NCBI GenBank assembly: GCA_965203325.1
Contig: OZ241875.1
Span: 2,752,001-2,816,000, forward strand
Source: a bacterium
Lineage (GTDB): Bacteria > UBA8248
Direction: 5' to 3'
DNA: 64,000 nt
Shown here: piece by piece, positions 47,118 to 57,027 of the stretch
Position numbering within the stretch: position 1 is the first letter of the stretch
Layout: each line of letters opens with the position of its first letter
Notes under the pieces: model-generated
What the model was told of the DNA's origin: nothing
What the model saw: the letters and a program-made list of their open reading frames with translations, nothing else
Database searches by the model: none
Made by a program: the position numbers and the translations under genes

Positions 47118-48002
47118 TCACAAATTCAATTTTGTGATCTTCATATGAAAATCAAGCGGAGGGGCGGAGCGGACGAGCGAACTGGTGGAGATGTAGTCCA
47201 CTCCCGTCTCCGCAATGCTACGAATGTCGGTGTCGGCGATGCCGGAGGCCTCAAGTTCATAGGGTTTTTGCGTTTTGAAAGCGATGCCGACTTTCCTGGT
47301 GCGGGCAACGGCTTTTTGAAGCGTTTCTATGTTCATGTTATCGAGCAGAATCATGTGTACTCGTCCGTCTTCGATGACTTCTTCGAGTTGGGCCAGATTC
47401 TGTACTTCAATTTGAGTTTCCGTCATGTAGCGGTTACCGAATTGTCTGTCGATGGCGGCGGGGATGGAACCGGCGGCAACGATATCGTTGTCCTTTATCA
47501 TTTCCCCGTCGAAAAAACCCAAGCGGTGATTCCGCCCGCCGCCTGCCCGTACCGCGTATTTTTCAAAATAACGCAAGCCTGGTCGATTTTTCCTGGTATC
47601 GATGATGCCCTTGAGGGATTCGGGGAAGTTCCCGAAGCGGGCCAATGTATTCGCTGTGTGCGTGGCGATTTCAGAGATATGCGAAAGAAGATTGAGCGCG
47701 GTGCGTTCCGCCTTCAAAATGGTCTGGGTATGGCCGGAAACGTGCGCTAAAAGTTCGCCCCTGGAAATATTGGCGCCTTCGCTCTTGTTCCAGATGACTT
47801 CTGGTGGGTTGCTTTTCCCGAGTGCCAAAAGGTATTGGGTTTCTTCCAAGATAAGAAGGAAAAACGGAGAACCTGCGAGAATGGCATCGCTTTTCGAGCG
47901 TAACTCGGCCATACACAAGGGTTCTTTTTCGGGGTCGTACTGGAGGGGAGCGCTCCCGAAATCCTCCAGTAGCCATTCGCGGATTTTAGAGCGGATGTCC
48001 AT
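47118..48002 (-). CDS. nadC: Quinolinate phosphoribosyltransferase
   Basis: ERTALN, DTRK, EKYAVRAGGGRNHR, IKDN, EV, LLDNM, EASG. Confidence 0.92.
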   Translation of the reverse strand: MDIRSKIREWLLEDFGSAPLQYDPEKEPLCMAELRSKSDAILAGSPFFLLILEETQYLLALGKSNPPEVIWNKSEGANISRGELLAHVSGHTQTILKAERTALNLLSHISEIATHTANTLARFGNFPESLKGIIDTRKNRPGLRYFEKYAVRAGGGRNHRLGFFDGEMIKDNDIVAAGSIPAAIDRQFGNRYMTETQIEVQNLAQLEEVIEDGRVHMILLDNMNIETLQKAVARTRKVGIAFKTQKPYELEASGIADTDIRSIAETGVDYISTSSLVRSAPPLDFHMKITKLNL

Positions 48003-48020
48003 ATTTAGCGGTATTTGGTT

Positions 48021-49133
48021 TTATACGATTTCAAGCATGCGTTCGATGGGTATACGCGCGCGCCGAGCCAGTTCCGTATCCACGGTAATTTCGTGTTTTA
48101 GATCCCGCAGGCATTCATGCAAGTTTTGCAGCGTGTTTTGTTTCATGTAGGCGCAAAGCGCTTCACGGCTCGCGGGAATCAGGGTTTTGTCCGGAACCGC
48201 CTTTGACATGGGGTGGAGGTTTCCGACCTCGGTAGCCACGATGACTTCCGAGTGCGGGACTTCTTCAACTAACTTAATCATGCCCTGAGTCGATCGGAAC
48301 TGGAGCATGTCTTCAGGAACGATGCCATCGTTTACTTGCCGCATACAGGCGCTGGTGCATCCGCATTCGGGATGAACCACTGTAATAGCTTCGGGGTATT
48401 GTTGTTGCTGTTCCAGGACGTGATGCGGGCGAATCCTCTCATGTACATGGCACGCGCCCATCATGAGATGGAGTCGCTCCAGAGAATGTCCTTCACTCTC
48501 CAGTAGCTTGGCTGCGTAGAAACCCAAGAAGACGTCGGGTAAAAACAGAATGGGTTGTTCGGGCCTTGAGTTTTCAAGAATGTGGAGGGTGACTTTGCCT
48601 GCATTGGCGGACGCACAACAGTAATCGCTCTCGGCTTTTACCTCGAGATACGTGTTTACATAACTGATGACGATTCCGTCTGGATGCGCTTTTTTCCAGT
48701 CTCGAATTTTATTAACGTCAGCATGAGCGGCCAAAGAGCAGAGTGCATCGAGGCTGGGGGCCAAAACGGTTTGATGGGGTTTCTTTAGCGCGGCTAAAAT
48801 CTGATTCATGAATAACACGGAAGGTTCGACGAGATAGTCTGCGTCCGAGGCGGCACCCTGTTGGGCCAGGAACAAAGAATCACCGATGACATCGGATACG
48901 TCCTGAATATCTCTTGGCACGTAATTGTGTGCCAGGATGAGAGCGTTTCTCTCTTTCTTGAGGCGCCTGACCTCACCTTGCAGAAATTTTCTTTCCTCTT
49001 CCGTGATGTTCTCAGGATGAGCGTTTGCGGGGATTTCAGGAACATCAATGGAAGGTCCGAGGTCAGCTTGGTCCATCAAAGCGATGGCATCTTTTGCAGG
49101 AAGGATGTCACCAGCTTCAATATCAAAAATCAT
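48021..49133 (-). CDS. nadA: Quinolinate synthase
   Basis: LAHNY, GDS, CSLA, YVNT, CHVH, HPEC, CAYMK; start uncertain (MIFDIE chosen). Confidence 0.92.
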   Translation of the reverse strand: MIFDIEAGDILPAKDAIALMDQADLGPSIDVPEIPANAHPENITEEERKFLQGEVRRLKKERNALILAHNYVPRDIQDVSDVIGDSLFLAQQGAASDADYLVEPSVLFMNQILAALKKPHQTVLAPSLDALCSLAAHADVNKIRDWKKAHPDGIVISYVNTYLEVKAESDYCCASANAGKVTLHILENSRPEQPILFLPDVFLGFYAAKLLESEGHSLERLHLMMGACHVHERIRPHHVLEQQQQYPEAITVVHPECGCTSACMRQVNDGIVPEDMLQFRSTQGMIKLVEEVPHSEVIVATEVGNLHPMSKAVPDKTLIPASREALCAYMKQNTLQNLHECLRDLKHEITVDTELARRARIPIERMLEIV

Positions 49134-49596
49134 TTGAAACTCCACTAATTTGGATGTCGTAAAGATACGTTTATTGCTACTAGGTAAGTTGCTTGCTCGC
49201 TTGCGCAAAAAATCACAAGCCGAAGCAAAAAATAATAAACCTCATTAAATCAACAGTTCGACTCCTGATGAATAATACATGATACGGGACATGGAATCTC
49301 CTACCCCTTTCTGCTCTTATTATTCCAGTCTTGAGGAAATAAGTAAAATGGAAATATGGAAAAAGACGATTATTCCTTGCCGGGGAGTATAGTTTTTGTT
49401 AGGTTTCGTACCTGTAATTTCTGTTTTGGGTCATTGAAGAGGCAGGGCGTCGGAATCGTCTCCCTGTATAGTAGTTCGAATCGCGGGTCGCCGAGCGAGA
49501 CGACTCGTTTTTTATTTGTATGAGCCAAAATTCAACGCACCTCCTTCACCTGTAGTCATTTTGCTTGAGAAGCCGGGGTGATTTGAGGAATCCATC

Positions 49597-49791
49597 ATGA
49601 GCCGTGGTGTGATTTGGCTGTTGGGCACATTGCTTTTGTCTGGGCTTTTCATTTTTGCACTAAGTGGGATCTGCTCGAATGCGTCGATTTTTCCATCACT
49701 AACTGGATATTTTTGTCCGAAACCCCGGATGAAATTGATAACTGTTCCGCAGAATCCTGCGTCCAAAGGGGTGGAACAGAAAAACAATTGA
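49597..49791 (+). CDS. Small hypothetical membrane/secreted protein
   Basis: GAGG RBS, hydrophobic N-terminus, directly upstream of the MmgE/PrpD gene. Confidence 0.4.
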   Translation: MSRGVIWLLGTLLLSGLFIFALSGICSNASIFPSLTGYFCPKPRMKLITVPQNPASKGVEQKNN

Positions 49792-49825
49792 TCGATTGTC
49801 AAAGATTTTACAGAAAGGTGAGGTT

Positions 49826-51232
49826 ATGAACGATTCAGATTCTCTCATCACAGATGCCATCGTCGAATTTGTCTTGAATACGGAGTACGAAGACATTCCT
49901 GAAGACGTGAGAGTAATCATGCGTCGATGTTTCGTGGATGGAATCGGTCTGATGGTTGCGGGTTCCACGGAAGAAAGCGGCCATATCATCCAAAACTACC
50001 TCAAGGAAATCGGAGGAGAACCCGAGGCGCGCGTTATCGGAACTGAAATGACAGTGCCCGCGCATCTCGCTGCTTTGGCCAATGGCATCGCCGGCCACGC
50101 AATGGATTATGACGATACGCAGTTGAGCAGCTATCCGGATCGTGTGTATGGCCTGTTGACTCACCCCACATGTCCAGTGATGCCCGCAGCTCTGGCCCTT
50201 GCCGAGGCGCTGGGCGCAACAGGACAGGAACTGCTCACTGCATTTGCGCTGGGTTTTGAAGTGGAATGCAAGGTGGCGGAGGCGATTCGGCCGGATCATT
50301 ACATCAAAGGATTTCATTCAACGGGAACTATCGGCGCCATCGGGGCGGCGACTGCTGCAGCGAAATTGATGGGATTGAATGAACCCCAGTTGCGCATGTG
50401 TTACGGCATCGTTTGTTCGGAAAGCGCTGGCCTGCGTGCGAATTTTGGAACGATGACGAAGCCATACCACTGCGGCCGAGCGGCGGAGAATGGCGTCGTG
50501 GCGGCGAGGCTGGCATCGGGTGGCTACACTTCGGACCCCACGGTATTTGATGGGCAGTGGGGATTTTTCCAGATTATGGGTGGCGGCTGCGATAAAGATT
50601 ATATCGTCGGGAAACTCGGAAACGCATGGTCGGCTGTGGAGCCGGGCGTGTCTATTAAACCCTACCCTTGCGGTTCCCTTGCGCACCCCGCCATGGATGC
50701 CGCCAGGGATCTGATTTTGGAAAACGACATCAAACCCGACCAGGTGAAAGAGTTGCGTTTTGGCACCACCTCGCGCGTTCTGGAGCCCCTGCGCTACAAG
50801 GAACCACAAAACGAACTGGAGGCGAAATTTTCTTTGCAGTTCGGTTTCGGCATCTTGCTACTCGAGCGCGCGGCCGGCATCGCTCAATACAAAGACGAAG
50901 TCGTAAAACGCCCCGATGTCGTAGAGATGATGAAAAAGGTGAATCCCTTTATGGACGATGAAATCGAAGCCCAGGGTTACGCGCTCATTCGTGGCAAAGT
51001 GGCGATAGAGCTTGAAGACGGGACCGTTTACGAAAAAATGTCTGAAATCTCACGCGGCACTCCTCAGCGCCCCATGGACCGCGAGGAGCTTTATGAGAAA
51101 TTCACGGAATGCACCAGTTTGGTATACGAGGGCGATCAGATCGCCTTGATTGAGGCGATGCTCTACAAAATCGATACGCTCGAAAATATCCATGGCCTTA
51201 TCGATCTCTTGGGCGAAAAAGTGGAAGCCTAA
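49826..51232 (+). CDS. MmgE/PrpD family protein
   Basis: GHAMDYDD, HP, GFHSTG, GTMTKPYHCG, KPYPC, EAKFS. Confidence 0.92.
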   Translation: MNDSDSLITDAIVEFVLNTEYEDIPEDVRVIMRRCFVDGIGLMVAGSTEESGHIIQNYLKEIGGEPEARVIGTEMTVPAHLAALANGIAGHAMDYDDTQLSSYPDRVYGLLTHPTCPVMPAALALAEALGATGQELLTAFALGFEVECKVAEAIRPDHYIKGFHSTGTIGAIGAATAAAKLMGLNEPQLRMCYGIVCSESAGLRANFGTMTKPYHCGRAAENGVVAARLASGGYTSDPTVFDGQWGFFQIMGGGCDKDYIVGKLGNAWSAVEPGVSIKPYPCGSLAHPAMDAARDLILENDIKPDQVKELRFGTTSRVLEPLRYKEPQNELEAKFSLQFGFGILLLERAAGIAQYKDEVVKRPDVVEMMKKVNPFMDDEIEAQGYALIRGKVAIELEDGTVYEKMSEISRGTPQRPMDREELYEKFTECTSLVYEGDQIALIEAMLYKIDTLENIHGLIDLLGEKVEA

Positions 51233-51294
51233 CGATTTATCCCTCGAAGTTGTTCATCTATTGTTCGTGGGACTGACAGGCAAGGGGAAAGAAT

Positions 51295-51690
51295 TTGGGT
51301 TTTCATCGCTGGGAAGATATTCCGCAAACTCAAAACCTTCGCAAGGGGACCATGCGCCGCGCAGCCGCGTTGGATGGATTGACGATGCAGCGCGGCGAAA
51401 TAGCTCCCGATACGCTGTTCGACGAGAGCACGATTCATCGCCATCCCGAAGATCAGTTTATCGTCGTGCTTGAGGGTAAACTGAAAATGCACATCGATGG
51501 GGTCGAGGAGTGGATCGAGCCCGGTGGTTTCGCCTCCATTCCGGGCGGTGTGTTCCATAGCGCAACAGGCGTGGGATCAGAGGGTGCGAAGTACATTGAA
51601 GTATTGTCTTCGGGACGCATCGACTACTTGCCCGGCTATCTGGGTGAGCCCAAAAACGAATTTTTGCATGAGAAGAAAAGCGATTCATGA
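51295..51690 (+). CDS. Cupin domain protein
   Basis: HRHPEDQFIVVLEG, IPGGVFHS. Confidence 0.8.
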   Translation: MGFHRWEDIPQTQNLRKGTMRRAAALDGLTMQRGEIAPDTLFDESTIHRHPEDQFIVVLEGKLKMHIDGVEEWIEPGGFASIPGGVFHSATGVGSEGAKYIEVLSSGRIDYLPGYLGEPKNEFLHEKKSDS

Positions 51691-52091
51691 TGGCAGAAGA
51701 GGCCAATAGGGTTTTTGTTGTTTGCTCTGATTTGATGTTCTCCGCGGGCATTCGGGAAGCAGGGATATCCCGAGGCGTCAGATTGGAGTTCATCGATTCA
51801 GAGGAGAAATTTGACGAAGCTCTCGAAAAATATCGCGCCACATTATTCATGTCCGATTTGCATCACCACAAGCTAGGTGGTGAAAGAGCGGGCAAGCTCG
51901 TAAAAAAGCTAAAAGCCAGCCCCCAAAACCAAGACGCGTACACTATCGCTTGGGGCAAGCATACCGAGCCGGAATTGCTCAAATCAGCGATGCAAGAGGG
52001 TTTTGACAAGGTGGTGCCCCGATCTTTGTTTGTGAAAGAAATGCCAGAGTACATTCGGCAAGCAGCGAGTCGAATTCAAGTGAGTGAATGA
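51687..52091 (+). CDS. Atypical stand-alone receiver (CheY-like) protein
   Basis: VFVVCSDLMF, LFMSDL, A..EGFDKVVPRS receiver-like pattern with the conserved Lys replaced. Confidence 0.55.
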   Translation: MMAEEANRVFVVCSDLMFSAGIREAGISRGVRLEFIDSEEKFDEALEKYRATLFMSDLHHHKLGGERAGKLVKKLKASPQNQDAYTIAWGKHTEPELLKSAMQEGFDKVVPRSLFVKEMPEYIRQAASRIQVSE

Positions 52092-52411
52092 CCTTCCATA
52101 GCGAAGAAAAAAGACTCAACCCGGAAATATTTGATGGTTCCCTCATCTGGTGGTTGCATGTGCCAACATCTCGGCAAAATTACCTGCAAGCGGTATTGGA
52201 AGGTTATGACGATTTAGGGTACTACCAAACTTTTCATGCTTGCGCCGAGAAAAACGAACACGGCGAACCCATGTCTCTGGCACGGCTGACCTCAACCGTT
52301 GACGATGAAGTCGAGACAAAGACGCTTCTTGAGGCACTCTCTCGTGAAATCAATCTTAAAATCCTGGATTGTGCGCCTCCAATCAAACCCTCAGAACAAC
52401 CAAGAGTATAA
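52088..52411 (+). CDS. Hypothetical protein (DUF4911-like)
   Basis: YLQAVLEGYDDLG motif; overlaps the upstream stop. Confidence 0.5.
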   Translation: MTFHSEEKRLNPEIFDGSLIWWLHVPTSRQNYLQAVLEGYDDLGYYQTFHACAEKNEHGEPMSLARLTSTVDDEVETKTLLEALSREINLKILDCAPPIKPSEQPRV

Positions 52412-52421
52412 AGGCATCTCG

Positions 52422-53249
52422 GTGACGCGTTGTTTTCTTGCGCGGTTATTTCTGGCTCTTTTATTGGTTTTAGGATTTTGGACTCACTCTTCTGCGCTTG
52501 ATCGCCTGAAACTCGCTACTACGACGAGTACGGAGAATTCCGGTTTGCTCAAGCAATTACATCCGGTATTCGAGAAAAGATATGGCGTTTCCGTGCACAC
52601 CATATCTGTAGGTACGGGCAAGGCATTGCGCTTGGGGCAAAATGGCGATGTGGACGTTGTACTCGTCCATGCAAAGAAAGCGGAAGATTTGTTCATGGCC
52701 AAGGGATACGGTGCTCACAGAAGAGGCGTCATGTATAACGATTTCGTGATCGTGGGCCCGGCATGGGACCCTGCCGGGGTTTTCAAGACATTCGATGTGT
52801 CCACAGCATTGCTTCAAATTAAAAATTCGAGAAGCCTTTGGTTCAGCAGGGGTGATGATTCCGGCACACACAAGAAAGAGTTGGAACTTTGGAAAGGTGC
52901 TGGCGTTGGCATGTTTGGTTCCTGGTATCGTGCTTTGGGTCAAGGAATGGGCAGGACGCTGATGGCGGCAGATGAGAAAAGCGGATACACGCTTACAGAC
53001 AGGGGCACGTATATCGCTCTCGTTGCGAACGGAAAGATTTCTCTCAAGATTCAAGGTCCCAGAGGAGAACGTTTGCACAATCCCTATAGCGTGATTGCCG
53101 TGAACCCAAAGCGCCATCCGCATGTAAAATTTGATTTGGCATTGAAATATATCGGTTTTCTTACATCGGGAGAAAGTCAAGGCATCATTCGTGATTTTCG
53201 GCTCTTGGGAAAACAGCTATTTTATCCAAACGCGAAAAACCCCCGTTGA
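52422..53249 (+). CDS. tupA: Tungstate ABC transporter substrate-binding protein
   Basis: ATTTSTENSGLL, GTGKAL, MYNDF, SRGDDSGTH, DRGT. Confidence 0.92.
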   Translation: MTRCFLARLFLALLLVLGFWTHSSALDRLKLATTTSTENSGLLKQLHPVFEKRYGVSVHTISVGTGKALRLGQNGDVDVVLVHAKKAEDLFMAKGYGAHRRGVMYNDFVIVGPAWDPAGVFKTFDVSTALLQIKNSRSLWFSRGDDSGTHKKELELWKGAGVGMFGSWYRALGQGMGRTLMAADEKSGYTLTDRGTYIALVANGKISLKIQGPRGERLHNPYSVIAVNPKRHPHVKFDLALKYIGFLTSGESQGIIRDFRLLGKQLFYPNAKNPR

Positions 53250-53270
53250 TAGGATTGGAGGAGGAGCGTT

Positions 53271-53957
53271 TTGGAATACTTGCTTGATGGATTTGCCGAT
53301 GGATTGATGCGCGTGCTTCGGGCGGATCCTCAAGTCATGCTCGCCGCCTGGGTGACCATTAAGGTGGGTTTCTGGGCTACGATTCTGGCGTCTCTTATCG
53401 GTTTGCCTGTTGGGTTTTTGCTGGCTGTGGGCCGCTTTAGAGGGCGCGGGTTCGCTATCACACTGCTCCAGACTTCTTTGGGCTTGCCTACTGTCGTTAT
53501 CGGGTTGCTCTCATATGGTTTTCTCTCCAGGCGAGGTCCTTTGGGATTCGCCGACTTGTTGTTTACGCCCTCGGCCATTGTCGTTGGATTGGTAGTTCTA
53601 GCGGTTCCACTCGTAGCGGTATTCTCCATGACGTCTGTGGCATCCGTTGATGAAAGGGTACGGGAAACTGCTCTTACATTGGGTGCGCCGAACAGGCTTG
53701 TGGCATGGACGGTGCTTCGCGAAGCCCGCTTTGGAATGATGGCCGCAGTGTTGGCGGCGTTTGGCCGTGTATCCTCGGAAGTGGGAATCGCCATGATGCT
53801 CGGAGGGAATATAGAAGGATATACACGGACCTTGACCACAGCCATTGCGCTTGAAAGCATGAAAGGTGAATTCGGTTTCGGGATCGCGCTGGGCGTTGTG
53901 CTTTTGGGAATTATTTTCGTGACGAATTTGCTTTCTCGCTACATTCAAAGGTCATGA
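53271..53957 (+). CDS. tupB: Tungstate ABC transporter permease
   Basis: LPTVVIGL, RGPLG, FGRVSSEVG, GGNIEGYTRTLTTAI. Confidence 0.92.
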   Translation: MEYLLDGFADGLMRVLRADPQVMLAAWVTIKVGFWATILASLIGLPVGFLLAVGRFRGRGFAITLLQTSLGLPTVVIGLLSYGFLSRRGPLGFADLLFTPSAIVVGLVVLAVPLVAVFSMTSVASVDERVRETALTLGAPNRLVAWTVLREARFGMMAAVLAAFGRVSSEVGIAMMLGGNIEGYTRTLTTAIALESMKGEFGFGIALGVVLLGIIFVTNLLSRYIQRS

Positions 53958-53958
53958 G

Positions 53959-54603
53959 ATGGAAGTGTTCTTTCTGGAAAACGTAAAATTTCGTTTTGAG
54001 ACCGATTTGGTCCTGGACATCGAGAGGATGACGGTCTCGTCCGGCGAGGTGGTGCTGCTCACTGGCGCGAATGGTTCCGGGAAAACAACACTCTTGCGCG
54101 TGATGGCGGGTTTGCTTACGCCTGAAGATGGTGTGATCCAATATAAGAGCGAACCCGTCATTTTCGGCAAAACAGGACTTGAACACAGGAGAAGGGTCAC
54201 ACTCCTTGCCCAGGAGCCATATCTTTTTCGGGGAAACGTGTTGCTGAATGTTTCTTATGGACCTCGTGCACGCGGGATGAGCAATTCGCAAGCGAATAAA
54301 ATAGCTCAAGAAGCCATTCTCAAAACGAGATGCGAAGGTTTGATTCACCGGGACGCTGCAAAACTCTCTGGGGGGGAGAAAAAGCGCGTAGCCCTCGCCA
54401 GGGCGTTGGCGGCGGGAGCGGAAACCCTTCTCTTGGATGAGCCCATCTCTCATCTGGATGAGGAAAACAGCAAACTGATTGCCGAAATAATCAAAGAGTT
54501 GGCTGCCTCTGGAATCACTTTGGTCGTGAGTACTCACATACCGGAATGGGCAAGTGCTCTTTCGGTGAAGGATGTGCGGCTTGCTTATGGCAGGATAGTC
54601 TAA
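53959..54603 (+). CDS. tupC: ABC transporter ATP-binding protein (tungstate)
   Basis: GANGSGKTT, LSGGE, LLDEP; follows tupAB. Confidence 0.88.
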   Translation: MEVFFLENVKFRFETDLVLDIERMTVSSGEVVLLTGANGSGKTTLLRVMAGLLTPEDGVIQYKSEPVIFGKTGLEHRRRVTLLAQEPYLFRGNVLLNVSYGPRARGMSNSQANKIAQEAILKTRCEGLIHRDAAKLSGGEKKRVALARALAAGAETLLLDEPISHLDEENSKLIAEIIKELAASGITLVVSTHIPEWASALSVKDVRLAYGRIV

Positions 54604-54604
54604 C

Positions 54605-55357
54605 TCAGGGCAATCCAGTTTCATCGGCATGGTGCGAATCCCCGAACAGATCGGCCTCGAGTGGACCTCCGCGCCAAACGGGGTGCTGCCTGACATAATA
54701 ATCTACCAATCCCGCCTCAAACACTTTTGGTTGCGTGTAATCGGTAGCTTGTCTTTGGGAGCGGTGGCATGCGTGCGCTTTTCGTCTCGCGTGCGGAAAG
54801 TTTCTCCCATCAACAATGGTCGTGTAGTCATCCCGATAAACGAGGTCGGAGCGATTATATATTTCGCGCCTTTTCGCTGGCGATATTCGGTGGTACAGGC
54901 GTTTGGGAGCATCTCCCGGATTTTTCCTCACAAGCCGATGGAAAGCTTTTGTGGTCCAGCCACCGACGGCGATGTGGTCTGGGTGTCCCGTAACGCCGTC
55001 CTCTCCATAAGTCACGACCACGTCGGGAGAAAAGTTTCGGATAAATTCTTCGAGCCGAGGAAGAATTTCCGAATCTTCAATTGATTTCAATCCGCCATCC
55101 GGGTAGTTCCAGAGCGTCATATCTTTCACGCCCAGCACACGGCAGGCGTCTTTGAGTTCCGCATGCCGAACATCGCCCAACTCATCCGGTCTGCATACAC
55201 CGTTCGTGAGGCCTGCTTCTCCTCGGGTCAGGGTAAGGAGGCCCATTCGCACGCCCTGGTTTGCGTAGAGTGTGAACGTGGCCGGGTTTCCGAAGGATTC
55301 ATCATCCGGATGTGCGTAAACGTGGAGAATGGAACGCTGAGAGGTAGATTTATTCAT
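54605..55357 (-). CDS. PIG-L/LmbE family deacetylase
   Basis: AHPDDE, TRGEAG, GHPDH, HRSQ. Confidence 0.9.
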   Translation of the reverse strand: MNKSTSQRSILHVYAHPDDESFGNPATFTLYANQGVRMGLLTLTRGEAGLTNGVCRPDELGDVRHAELKDACRVLGVKDMTLWNYPDGGLKSIEDSEILPRLEEFIRNFSPDVVVTYGEDGVTGHPDHIAVGGWTTKAFHRLVRKNPGDAPKRLYHRISPAKRREIYNRSDLVYRDDYTTIVDGRNFPHARRKAHACHRSQRQATDYTQPKVFEAGLVDYYVRQHPVWRGGPLEADLFGDSHHADETGLP

Positions 55358-55736
55358 AACGAAGAAATGAGTTAGGAAGCCTCCAAAGAAACAAGACTTG
55401 CATATTACCATTTCAAATCCATGGTTCAAGAATTGCGTCCTTCGTTTTTCTTTTTGTGATTTGAATTGTGACGTTTCTGATCGCAACATTTTCTCTTCTT
55501 CTTGGATGTCCTCATGCGCAAAACTTCAGATTGCGCTCGCAACTCATGGAATCAAATTTGATCGAGCGACAAAAAGGTTTTTTCAAGAAATCCGTCCTCT
55601 TGCCCTGTATCCATCTTTGGTTTATATGAAACCTATGCCCAAGAGACCCTAAAATTTGTTATTATCAAGCCAATAACCAAGTTCGATGCCGATCAATGAT
55701 TCGGAAAGCCCTGTTCCATTACAAGGAGTCGGTACT

Positions 55737-56894
55737 GTGGAGTTAGCTATTTCAAGGGATACGTTGCTCAGAGCCCTGCAGACGATACAAGGTGTCGTCG
55801 AAAACAGAAGCAGCGCAATGCCAATACTACAAAATGTGCTTGTCGAGACCGAAGGTGATCAGAATATCCGTTTGTTGGGTACGAATCTTGATATCAGCAT
55901 GCGGGGTATGTTTGAGGCTGAAGTAGAAAAAGCGGGGAAAGTTACGCTCAATGCAAGGAAATTGTTCGACATTGTCCGAGAACTGCCTGAAGCGAAAGTT
56001 CGTTTCACGGAGGAAGACGGACAGTGGATTGAAATGCGCTGCGAGCGCTCGAAATTTCGTTTTCCGGGATTGCCGCCTGCAGAATTTCCCGCACTTCCAG
56101 AATCGAAAGAATCAGACGCACATACAATATCTGCTTCGGTTTTATCTGAAATGATTCGAAAAACGATGTTTGCGATATCGCAGGACGAGACGCGCTATAC
56201 TTACAATGGCGTTTTCATGGAAACCGAAGCCGACACCCTGCGCCTTGTCGCTACGGATGGCCATCGATTGGCGATGATCGAGCGACCGAGCGAAGGGTTG
56301 GTGCTTAATGAAGGAGTGATTGTCCACAAAAAAGCTTTGGGAGAACTCGTAAAGCTCTTGCAAGGCGTCGAGGGTGACGTATCCGTTGCTCTCACCCACG
56401 TCTCGAGCGGTCAGGGCTTGTCTCTTTCGGGAGATGAAGCTTCTGTCTCCCTCACTCCAAACCACATTATTTTTCAAATGGGGAATATTGCCTTATCGGC
56501 TCGGCTGATAGACGGTGAATTTCCAAAATACAGGCAAGTGATTCCAGATAATAATGAGCACTCCATTTTGATGAACCGGGAAAGTTTAACGCAAGCACTC
56601 AGGCGGGTTTCCCTTTTTACCAACGAAACGCGCATGGTGAAGTTCGCGTTTTCCCCGGGCCAGTTGAAGTTGACGACGAACGGTTCAGAGGTGGGGGAAG
56701 CTGAGGAAATCATAGAATCGAACGCGCAGACTGACATTACGATTGGATTTAACTCAAGGTATTGTCTGGATGCGCTCTCCATATTGGACGAAGAACAAGT
56801 TAGCATGGAGTTAAAGGATTCGCTGAGTCCCGGGGTACTCTCTCCCAAAGACTCGGACGGTTATACATATGTTGTAATGCCGATGCGTGTCTAA
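55737..56894 (+). CDS. dnaN: DNA polymerase III beta sliding clamp
   Basis: MPILQNV, ATDGHRL, RLIDGEFPKY, IGFNSRY, C-terminal VVMPMRV; AAGGAG RBS before GTG. Confidence 0.96.
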   Translation: MELAISRDTLLRALQTIQGVVENRSSAMPILQNVLVETEGDQNIRLLGTNLDISMRGMFEAEVEKAGKVTLNARKLFDIVRELPEAKVRFTEEDGQWIEMRCERSKFRFPGLPPAEFPALPESKESDAHTISASVLSEMIRKTMFAISQDETRYTYNGVFMETEADTLRLVATDGHRLAMIERPSEGLVLNEGVIVHKKALGELVKLLQGVEGDVSVALTHVSSGQGLSLSGDEASVSLTPNHIIFQMGNIALSARLIDGEFPKYRQVIPDNNEHSILMNRESLTQALRRVSLFTNETRMVKFAFSPGQLKLTTNGSEVGEAEEIIESNAQTDITIGFNSRYCLDALSILDEEQVSMELKDSLSPGVLSPKDSDGYTYVVMPMRV

Positions 56895-56975
56895 GCATCT
56901 TTTCGATTTGCGTAAAGGTTCCATTATGTGTAGCTAATTTCCCAAAATGGAAATGTTTTGGAATCGTCGTTTCTG

Positions 56976-57008
56976 AGGCGCCTCTTTGGTGGGGCGCCTG
57001 TATTTTTT
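56976..57008 (+). terminator. Intrinsic terminator-like hairpin after dnaN
   Basis: AGGCGCCTC...GGGGCGCCT followed by GTATTTTTT. Confidence 0.55.
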
Positions 57009-57027
57009 CTGTCGTGGATTCGGCTAG

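Noticed and set aside
49134..49430. NAD riboswitch (nadA motif) upstream of nadA
   Set aside because: Could not recognise the motif by eye; would need an Rfam scan
49474..49490. GTTCGAATC resembling a tRNA T-loop
   Set aside because: No acceptor, D or anticodon stems can be formed; not a tRNA (and no tRNA-Sec seen in the window)
55490..55736. Replication origin next to dnaN
   Set aside because: No dnaA gene and no canonical TTATCCACA boxes noticed
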